Positions 56,900-64,000 of a stretch of DNA of 64,000 nucleotides are shown here, in pieces. The first letter of the stretch is position 1. Each line of letters starts with the position of its first letter. A program made the translations under genes and the position numbers. Below the pieces are notes generated by a model, which had not been told where the DNA came from, searched no databases, and saw nothing but the letters and a program-made list of their open reading frames with translations. The stretch is from Vulcanimicrobiota bacterium (GTDB lineage: Bacteria; Vulcanimicrobiota; Vulcanimicrobiia; Eremiobacterales; Eremiobacteraceae), in NCBI GenBank assembly GCA_963812135.1, contig CAWETU010000001.1:704001-768000 (forward strand), given 5' to 3'.

Positions 56900-58498
56900 A
56901 TGGTAAGCAATGGTGTCAATGATGACGCCCGGAAGGCAACCCTCGAGCCGGTAGCATTTTCAGGCCGCGACCGGCGACCGCTTTATCAGCAGCTCGCCGA
57001 GGGCATCGCGGCGCAGATCCGCGACGGCGCGCTCACAAAAGGCACGAAGCTGCCACCGCAGCGCGAGATCGCGAAGAGTCACGGTATCGCGCTGGTAACC
57101 GCCAGCCAAGCTTACGAAGTGCTCGCCGCTGAGGGACTAGTCGAATCGCGCACCGGTCGCGGCACCTTCGTCTCCTACGACCCGTCACTCATCGAGAGCC
57201 GACTCCCACCTCCCGCGCCTGCGATCGACGGCGCGCCGCTACCCGCGATGTCGGTCGGCCGATGGGATGCCGGCATCCACCGCTACGCGACGGAGACGCG
57301 CCGCGTCGCCGCCATGCAGTTGCTGCGCTCGGCTGTGCGGCCAGGCGCGATCGCGATCTCTGCCGGCCACACCGCACCAGAGACGTATCCGGTCGCCGAT
57401 TTCGCGCAATGCTACGCGCGCACGTTCCTCGACGATCCGCCGGAGATCCACCAGTATCGCGCCGATCGCGGCGACGAGAGCCTGCGCGCGTTCTTCGCCG
57501 ACCGGTTGCAAGCGCGCGGCGCCGACGTGGGTCCGGACGACATCCTGATCGTGAGCGGCGCGCAGCAAGCACTCAGTCTCGTCGCTGAGACGTTGCTCGA
57601 GTACGGGAGCGTGGCGGCCGCCGAAGCGCCGACGTATTTTTCGGCGCTTGAAGTGTTCGATCAGCGCCGCGTCTCGTGGGTGAACCTCGCGGCCGACGAC
57701 GACGGGCTGGTGCCTGCGTCGTTCGCCGACGTCTGCCGGCGCAACGGACCGCGCGTCGCGTACATCAACACGGCGGCGCAAAACCCCACGGGTTCCTATC
57801 TCGCGCGCGCCCGCCATCGCAAGATCCTCGACGTCGCGCGCCAAACGCAATTGACCATCGTCGAAGATCAGACGTGCTGGCCGCTCGCGTACGACGCCGA
57901 AGCGCCGCCGCCGCTGTTCTCGTCCGACGCAGATGGGCGCGTCGTCCTCATCGAAAGCATGTCGAAACTGCTGATGCCGAGCTTGCGCATCGGCTACATC
58001 GCCGCCAAAGGCGCTGCGCTGCAGGCGCTCTACGCTGCGAAACTGCGCGCCGACTCGTTCACGACGACGGTGGCGCAACGCGCGCTGCTGCGTTTTTTGG
58101 AATCAAAAGCGGCGGCTCGCCACCTGCGCGCGACGCGCTTCCTTTACAAGCGGCGGCGCGACGCGCTGCATGCGGCCTTGTTGCGCGTCTTGCCCGATGG
58201 CTCGCGCGCCGTACTGCCGCGCGGCGGACTGAACATCTGGGTGGAACTGCCCGCGCAATGGTCGGCGATGGAGCTGTTCGGCTACGCGGCCCAAGAGGGC
58301 GTCGTGTTCTTGCCGGGCCAGCCGTTTTATCCGACGGACCCCGCGATCAACACGCTGCGCCTCTCGTTCGGCAAGCTGCCCGAACAGCACGCGGGCGAGG
58401 CGATGGAACGCCTCGGACGAGCGATCCGTGCGTATTCATCGTCGCGCAAGCGCCGGCGCGACGAGCACATCGACTCGACGGCTGCCGCGGCGGTCTAG
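56900..58498 (+). CDS. MocR/GabR-family regulator (GntR wHTH plus PLP aminotransferase-like domain)
   Basis: PLYQQL, KLPPQRE, GRGTFV, GAQQAL, QNPTG, SMSK..PSLRIGY, LRLSF; start uncertain. Confidence 0.9.
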   Translation: MVSNGVNDDARKATLEPVAFSGRDRRPLYQQLAEGIAAQIRDGALTKGTKLPPQREIAKSHGIALVTASQAYEVLAAEGLVESRTGRGTFVSYDPSLIESRLPPPAPAIDGAPLPAMSVGRWDAGIHRYATETRRVAAMQLLRSAVRPGAIAISAGHTAPETYPVADFAQCYARTFLDDPPEIHQYRADRGDESLRAFFADRLQARGADVGPDDILIVSGAQQALSLVAETLLEYGSVAAAEAPTYFSALEVFDQRRVSWVNLAADDDGLVPASFADVCRRNGPRVAYINTAAQNPTGSYLARARHRKILDVARQTQLTIVEDQTCWPLAYDAEAPPPLFSSDADGRVVLIESMSKLLMPSLRIGYIAAKGAALQALYAAKLRADSFTTTVAQRALLRFLESKAAARHLRATRFLYKRRRDALHAALLRVLPDGSRAVLPRGGLNIWVELPAQWSAMELFGYAAQEGVVFLPGQPFYPTDPAINTLRLSFGKLPEQHAGEAMERLGRAIRAYSSSRKRRRDEHIDSTAAAAV

Positions 58499-58619
58499 GG
58501 GCGGCGGTCCGCTTGCGCGAATGGGCGGCGTGACCATCATCGAGTGAATCTTCGGCGCTGAGCTTCGCTTCGCGCACACCCGAGCTGCGCTCGGGCACCA
58601 CGACGACCTGGAGAGAAGC

Positions 58620-60188
58620 ATGGCAACAGTCCTCGAACGCGTCTCGGAATTCAAGAACGAATCGATCCTTGATTTCAAGGATCCGGCGAACAAACAAAAG
58701 ATGGAAACGGCGCTCGCCGACGTGCGCAAGACGTTCGGCACGACGTACGACCTCATCATCAACGGACAGCGGGTCCGCGGCGAGGGCACGTTCCTTTCGC
58801 GCAATCCATCCAAACCGAGCGAGATCGTCGGCACGCTGCAAAAAGCGACCAAAGGGCAGGCGCGCGACGCGGTCGTCGCCGCCGAGCAAGCGTTTCTCGC
58901 GTGGTCGCGCGTGCCCGCGAGCGAGCGCGCCGACTTGCTCTTCAAGGCCGCCGCCGAAGTGCGTCGCCGGCGTTTCGAGTTCGACGCGCTGCTCGTGCTC
59001 GAAGTGGGCAAGAGCTGGGTCGAAGCGGACGGCGACGTCGCCGAGGGCATCGACTTCCTCGAGTACTACGCGCGCGAGATGCTGCGCTTGGCCGGACCAC
59101 ATCCGGTGACGCCGGTGCCAGGCGAGAAGAACGCCATGCATTACATCCCGCTCGGCGTCGGCGTGGTCATCCCGCCGTGGAACTTCGCGTTCGCGATCAT
59201 GGTAGGCATGACGTCGGCCGCGATCGTCGCGGGCAACACCGTCGTGCTCAAGCCGTCGAGCGACTCGCCGGTCATCGCCTACAAATTTGTCGAGCTCCTC
59301 GAGCATGCCGGCGTGCCGCCGGGCGTGGTGAACCTGCTCACCGGCTCGGGCAGCGAGATCGGTGACCTGCTCGTCGAGCACCCGCGCGTCCGCTTCATCT
59401 CGTTCACCGGCAGCAAGGACGTCGGGCTGCGCGTCAATCAGCTCGCCGCAACACCCCACCCCGGCCAGCTCTGGATCAAACGTGTCGTCGCGGAGATGGG
59501 TGGCAAAGACTCGATCGTGGTCGCCGCCGATGCCGACCTGGACGCTGCAGTCGAGGGCGTCGCGGTGTCAGCCTTCGGATTCCAGGGACAGAAGTGCTCG
59601 GCGTGCTCGCGCGCGATCGTCGAAGCGCCGATCTACGACGAGTTCGTCAAGCGGCTTGCGCAGCGCGTCAAGACGATGCGCGTCGGCGACCCAGCCGATC
59701 CGGCGAACTACATGGGTCCGGTCGTCAACGCGGGCTCCCGCGATAAGATCGAATCATATATAGAAGAAGGAAAAAAAGAAGGCACGCTCGTCACCGGCGG
59801 TGCGCGCGCCCCGGGCGAAGGGTACTTCTTGGAGCCGACGGTCATCGCCGACGTCAAGCCCGATGCCAAGATCGCCCAAGAGGAGATCTTCGGACCCGTG
59901 CTGGCGGTTATCAAAGCGCGAGACTATAGCGACGCGCTGCGGATCGCGAACAACACCGAGTTCGGGTTGACCGGCGCCGTCTTCTCGAAAGACCCCGGCA
60001 AGCTCGCGCGTGCGCAAGACGAGTTCCACGTCGGCAACCTCTATTTCAATCGCAAGTGCACTGGCGCGCTCGTGGGCGCGCATCCGTTCGGCGGATTCAA
60101 CATGTCGGGCACGGATTCAAAGGCCGGCGGCCCCGATTATCTGCTGCTGTTCCTGCAGGCCAAGAGCGTGAGCGAAAAAGTTGGCTAA
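58620..60188 (+). CDS. pruA: L-glutamate gamma-semialdehyde (P5C) dehydrogenase
   Basis: EGIDFLEYY, IPPWNF, FTGS, EMGGKD, GQKCSACSR, EEIFGP, VGNLYFNR, DSKAGGPDYL. Confidence 0.93.
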   Translation: MATVLERVSEFKNESILDFKDPANKQKMETALADVRKTFGTTYDLIINGQRVRGEGTFLSRNPSKPSEIVGTLQKATKGQARDAVVAAEQAFLAWSRVPASERADLLFKAAAEVRRRRFEFDALLVLEVGKSWVEADGDVAEGIDFLEYYAREMLRLAGPHPVTPVPGEKNAMHYIPLGVGVVIPPWNFAFAIMVGMTSAAIVAGNTVVLKPSSDSPVIAYKFVELLEHAGVPPGVVNLLTGSGSEIGDLLVEHPRVRFISFTGSKDVGLRVNQLAATPHPGQLWIKRVVAEMGGKDSIVVAADADLDAAVEGVAVSAFGFQGQKCSACSRAIVEAPIYDEFVKRLAQRVKTMRVGDPADPANYMGPVVNAGSRDKIESYIEEGKKEGTLVTGGARAPGEGYFLEPTVIADVKPDAKIAQEEIFGPVLAVIKARDYSDALRIANNTEFGLTGAVFSKDPGKLARAQDEFHVGNLYFNRKCTGALVGAHPFGGFNMSGTDSKAGGPDYLLLFLQAKSVSEKVG

Positions 60189-60684
60189 GCGTCTCGCGTG
60201 GACGGTCGCGTTCGCTGCGGTCCTCGCGGCCGCGTATCTTGCGTGCGCGTACGGCGGGCTTGCCCCGTGGCCCCGCCCGGTCGCCTCGTTAGGACAGCCG
60301 GGAACGCCGCGCAGCGGGTACGCGCTGGTGAGCGGCTACTACATCTCGCTGCCGTTCGTGTCGAACGGCAACGGTCTTCCGCCGTACGCGTTCGGCGAGA
60401 CGACGAATCCGGCGCGCACGCAAGCGCCGTCGGTGCGCGTCGTCCCTTCGCTGCCCGAGCTGCGCGCGTATCGCGTCGTCGCCGTGATCGACCTTGCGAC
60501 CGGCGACGGAAGCGAATGGAATCCGTACGTCATCCACACGGTCGGCTCGGTGACGTCCGTCGTCGTCGGCGCCTTTGCCGCCGGTCTCATGCTGCTCGCG
60601 CTGCTTTTCTGGTTGGCCGGCTACGCCGCCGGTGCGTTCGCGCCGCGCAAAATGAGAAGCGAGGCGCGACGGGCAGCGAGTTAG
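60181..60684 (+). CDS. Hypothetical membrane protein
   Basis: N- and C-terminal TM segments; overlaps the pruA stop. Confidence 0.55.
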   Translation: MAKRLAWTVAFAAVLAAAYLACAYGGLAPWPRPVASLGQPGTPRSGYALVSGYYISLPFVSNGNGLPPYAFGETTNPARTQAPSVRVVPSLPELRAYRVVAVIDLATGDGSEWNPYVIHTVGSVTSVVVGAFAAGLMLLALLFWLAGYAAGAFAPRKMRSEARRAAS

Positions 60685-60695
60685 GGGCGCAAGGC

Positions 60696-61856
60696 GTGTC
60701 GCAGGCGATCGGTCTGCGGTGTGACGCGCTCGTCGTCGGCGCGGGTCCGGCGGGGGCAAGCGTCGCGCTACGCCTCGCGCGCCGCGGCGCGAATGTCGTT
60801 GTGCTGGAGCGTACGCGCCTGCCGCGTACCAAGGTCTGCGGCGAATATCTGAGCCCGGCGACACTCGACTCGCTTTCGGATCTCGGGTTGCTCGATGCGG
60901 TCCGAACACAAGCGCACGAGCTTGCGACGTTGCGCATGGCCGGGTTTGGCTTCGGCCCCGTCACGATGCGCTTGCCCGGTTTCGGCGGCTTGGCGATCGC
61001 GCGCGCGCGATTCGATATGCTCTTGGCAGATGCAGCCGTGCAGGCGGGAGCGCGGTTGATCGCGGGGACATTCGTGAGCGCGCGCGAGACCGAGGACGGC
61101 GTTGATGTATCTTTTCGAGATGGCGCCGGAGTCGTGCGGCACATCCGCACGGCGGTGCTGGTGGGCGCGGACGGTTCGTGGTCGACGGTCGCGCAGCACT
61201 GCGGCATGGCGGATCGGCAGCGCCGCGGGGGCCGCTGGGCCGTCGGCGGACATCTGCGCACACCGTCCGACGGCGATGCGGTGGAGATGTTCGTAGGCCC
61301 TCACGGCTACTACGCACGCAATCCGCTCGGCGGCGGACTCACCAATGCGATGCTCGTGATGCCGCGCCCACTGCTCGATGATGAAGCAGAGACAGCTGCG
61401 CGCCGCCTCAGCGACGGCCGCTATGGTTTCCAAGCGGATGCGCTCGAGCGCCGCGTGGCCGTCGGGCCGTTGCGTTACCGCGCGCGCGTGGCGGCTCGCG
61501 GACGCGTCGTCCTGGCAGGCGACGCCGCCGAACTGTTCGATCCGTTCTTGGGTCAGGGCATCGCGTTTGCGCTTGGTCTTTCCGGCGCGGCGGCCGAGAC
61601 CGCATCTCGGCTCATCGCCGGCGAGCGTCCGAGCGAAGCCGTGCGCGAGTATCGCGCCGCCCGCGGTGCGGCGGCCCGCAGTGTCCGAGTCATGGCCCGA
61701 GCCGTCGACGCGCTTTTGCGCATCCGCTGGCTGCGCGGCAGAGCGGCTCGCAAACTCGCTCGCCGCCCGGAACTCGCCGATCAGCTGCTCGCCGCGATCG
61801 CAGGGAGCGCGCCCAACAGCCGGCGCTTGGCGCTCGCCTGGGACCTGATCGCATGA
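60696..61856 (+). CDS. FAD-dependent oxidoreductase (geranylgeranyl reductase / halogenase-like family)
   Basis: VVGAGPAG, KVCGE, RARFD, GADG, AGDAA..DPFLGQGI. Confidence 0.85.
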   Translation: MSQAIGLRCDALVVGAGPAGASVALRLARRGANVVVLERTRLPRTKVCGEYLSPATLDSLSDLGLLDAVRTQAHELATLRMAGFGFGPVTMRLPGFGGLAIARARFDMLLADAAVQAGARLIAGTFVSARETEDGVDVSFRDGAGVVRHIRTAVLVGADGSWSTVAQHCGMADRQRRGGRWAVGGHLRTPSDGDAVEMFVGPHGYYARNPLGGGLTNAMLVMPRPLLDDEAETAARRLSDGRYGFQADALERRVAVGPLRYRARVAARGRVVLAGDAAELFDPFLGQGIAFALGLSGAAAETASRLIAGERPSEAVREYRAARGAAARSVRVMARAVDALLRIRWLRGRAARKLARRPELADQLLAAIAGSAPNSRRLALAWDLIA

Positions 61857-62302
61857 TGCACGCGCAGCGCAGCATCGACATCGCGGCGCCGCCGGAGCGC
61901 GTCTACGATCTCGCGCAAGACATCGCGCGCTGGCCCGCACTGCTGCCTCACTACCGCTACGTCACCGTGACGCGCGAGACGCCCGGCGCGCGGGTCGCGG
62001 TCATGGCGGCGCGGCGCGGCTGGATTCCTGTCCGTTGGACGACCGAGCAGCGGCTGGATCCGCGCACGCCGCGCATCGAATTCACGCACCTTTCAGGCTG
62101 GACTGCTGGAATGGAGGTTGCGTGGATCTTCGCCGCGATTCCGGGCGGCACGCGCGTGAGCATCGTCCACGACCTCGACTTCAAGCGCATCCCGCTCGTC
62201 GGCGCATGGGTCGGACGGCACATCATCGGCGACTTCTTCATCCAAACGATCGCGGGCAAGACGCTCGCACGCATGAAAGAGCTAGCAGAGGCAGCGACGT
62301 GA
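61853..62302 (+). CDS. SRPBCC / polyketide cyclase family protein
   Basis: IDIAAPPERVYDLAQDIARWPALLPHY, GMEVAW. Confidence 0.85.
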   Translation: MMHAQRSIDIAAPPERVYDLAQDIARWPALLPHYRYVTVTRETPGARVAVMAARRGWIPVRWTTEQRLDPRTPRIEFTHLSGWTAGMEVAWIFAAIPGGTRVSIVHDLDFKRIPLVGAWVGRHIIGDFFIQTIAGKTLARMKELAEAAT

Positions 62303-63531
62303 ACAACAGGGTCTTCATCACCGGCATCGGCGCGATCACTCCCATCGGCATCGGCCGAGAACGGCTCTGGCGCGGCGCCCTTGACGGCAAGCGCGGCGTG
62401 CGCAGCCTCGATCGCTTCGACTCGACGCCGTTTCGCTCGAAAGTCGCGGGTCAGGTCGAAGATTTCGATCCCGCAGCGTTTCTGGAGCGGCGCGCGTTGC
62501 ACCGATCCGAGCGCTTCGCGCAGTTCTCGCTCGCTGCGGCCCGGCTTGCGTTCGAAGACGCGTCGTACGTCCCCAGCGGCGACGACGGTGACTTCGGCGT
62601 CTGGGTTGGCAGCGCGCTCGGCGGCGCGGCATACGGCGAGACCCAAAACCGCAACTTCATCGATCGCGGCATCAAAGCGATCCATCCGATGCTCGCGCTG
62701 TCCGTGTTTCCGGCGGCCGCGTGCTGCAACATCGCGATCACGTTCGGGATTCACGGCCCGACGGTCTCGAACTCGAACTCGTGCGCGGCAGGCGCGGTGG
62801 CGATCGGCGACGCGTTTCGCGCCGTGCGCTCAGGCTATTGCCGGCGCGCGCTCGCCGGCGGCGTCGAGATCCCGCTCACGCCATTGATCTTCGGCGCCTT
62901 CGACGTCATCAAGTCGATGTCGCAACGCAACGCCGATCCTTTGAGCGCGAGCCGTCCGTTCGACGCGGATCGCGACGGCTTTGTGATGGCCGAAGCGGCG
63001 TGTCTCATGCTGCTCGAACGAGAAGAAGACGTGGTCGCGCGCGGCGCGGTCCCGTATGCGGAGATCGGCGGCTTCGGACTGACGAACGACGGCCAGCATA
63101 TGGCGGCGCCACGCGAAGACGGGCGCGAGGCCAAACGCGCGATGCAGCTCGCGATGGCCGACGCGTCAGTCGAGCCGGCGCAGATCGACCACATCAACGC
63201 GCACGGCTCGTCGACGCCGCTCAACGACCCGACCGAGAGCCGCGCCATTCGCGACGTCTTCGGATCGGCTGCCGACCGCATCATCGTCTCCGGCATCAAG
63301 GGGATGATGGGGCATGCGCTTGGCGCGACGGGTTCGGTGGAAGCTGCGTTGTGCGCGCTTGGCTTGCGCGAGAGCCTGGTCGTGCCGACGGTCAATCTGG
63401 AGACGCCCGCGGAAGGCTGCGACTTGCGCTATTCGCCGGCCGTGCCGACGCCGTTGCGCCAAAAGGCGGTGCTGTCGAACAGCTTCGGGTTCGGCGGCCT
63501 CAACGCGGCGCTCGTCTTCAAGGCCGCCTAG
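62299..63531 (+). CDS. Beta-ketoacyl-ACP synthase (FabF/KSII-like)
   Basis: RVFITGIG, NSCAAG (Cys), RPFDADRDGF, NAHGSST, GHALGA, SNSFGFGG. Confidence 0.9.
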   Translation: MNNRVFITGIGAITPIGIGRERLWRGALDGKRGVRSLDRFDSTPFRSKVAGQVEDFDPAAFLERRALHRSERFAQFSLAAARLAFEDASYVPSGDDGDFGVWVGSALGGAAYGETQNRNFIDRGIKAIHPMLALSVFPAAACCNIAITFGIHGPTVSNSNSCAAGAVAIGDAFRAVRSGYCRRALAGGVEIPLTPLIFGAFDVIKSMSQRNADPLSASRPFDADRDGFVMAEAACLMLLEREEDVVARGAVPYAEIGGFGLTNDGQHMAAPREDGREAKRAMQLAMADASVEPAQIDHINAHGSSTPLNDPTESRAIRDVFGSAADRIIVSGIKGMMGHALGATGSVEAALCALGLRESLVVPTVNLETPAEGCDLRYSPAVPTPLRQKAVLSNSFGFGGLNAALVFKAA

Positions 63532-64000
63532 CCTGGAAGCTTGAGCGCCTTGCAGACGCCTTGCGCGCCCTGCACCTTGCAAAATGAATTCAAGTCGTTT
63601 GCAAACTTCCCAGCCCACGATTCAAACGAATGGCGGAGCGTTTGTGCGGACGACGGATTGCCAAGCGCCAAACCGCTCGTGTTACCGAGGAACGTGCCAA
63701 CCGCGACGTCGTTCTGATAGGTGATGTAAGGGCCGACGGAATTGGGCGCGGATGATGGATTGGGTTGGGGCGCGACGGCCTCGTGGGCGGTCGCGTTTGA
63801 CGCCAGTAATACTCCGCCGAGCGCGATCGGGAAGAACGAGATCGCGGTCGTCTTGTTGCTGCCTGAGATGTTGTCGGACCAGACGTTTGCGAGCGCCGGG
63901 CCTCCGCTCGAATTACAGGTGACGACTTGCGCCGCGTAGTTGGCTTCGCTTGAGCCGTAGATGGTGAAGATGGCGAACGTGCCGTCCACCGTGACCGTCG
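63528..64000 (-). CDS. Hypothetical protein, 3' part (start outside the window)
   Basis: Open frame of at least 153 aa, Ser/Asn-rich, lower GC; no recognisable motif. Confidence 0.5.
   Translation of the reverse strand, partial: TVTVDGTFAIFTIYGSSEANYAAQVVTCNSSGGPALANVWSDNISGSNKTTAISFFPIALGGVLLASNATAHEAVAPQPNPSSAPNSVGPYITYQNDVAVGTFLGNTSGLALGNPSSAQTLRHSFESWAGKFANDLNSFCKVQGAQGVCKALKLPG

Noticed and set aside
56894..56911. ATTGCT-N6-AGCAAT inverted repeat as a MocR operator
   Set aside because: Plausible, but short and single-copy, and the gene start is uncertain.
1..64000. tRNA/rRNA genes, transposases, integrases, prophage or defence systems
   Set aside because: No recognisable signatures found by eye; intergenic spaces are short and mostly accounted for.

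Overview
GC-rich bacterial chromosomal segment, densely coding. It combines Gram-positive-type (Cheo) LexA boxes and a lexA/LysM (yneA-like) divergon with outer-membrane beta-barrel genes. That mix would fit a diderm Terrabacteria lineage such as Ca. Eremiobacterota, but this is inference only. Housekeeping genes include pnp, rpsO, lexA, panC-coaBC-coaX, dusB, greA-lysS-truA, rplM-rpsI, lutABC, moeB/moeZ, an aquaporin, a rhodanese and pruA. Four accessory elements stand out. (1) A Zur-type metal-uptake island (36.8-49.3 kb) in which each of two TonB-dependent-receptor-like genes is preceded by a paralogous His-containing membrane protein ending in RPPP. The RPPP-proximal codons can base-pair with the receptor Shine-Dalgarno sequence, suggesting a duplicated ribosome-arrest translational attenuator. 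(2) A stripped-down, divergent flagellar basal-body operon (flgB-flgC-fliE-fliF::fliG-M fragment-fliH-fliI-lytic transglycosylase) with no stand-alone fliG or fliJ in the operon. (3) A cluster of class-III aminotransferase, SRPBCC and acyl-ACP-reductase-like genes that resembles a split TamH/PigE fatty-amine pathway. (4) A family of GTAG-headed REP palindromes. Two +1 homopolymer frameshifts (about 44001 and 46149) are probably assembly errors. I saw no tRNA, rRNA, CRISPR array or transposase. All calls come from motif recognition by eye; no database searches were run.
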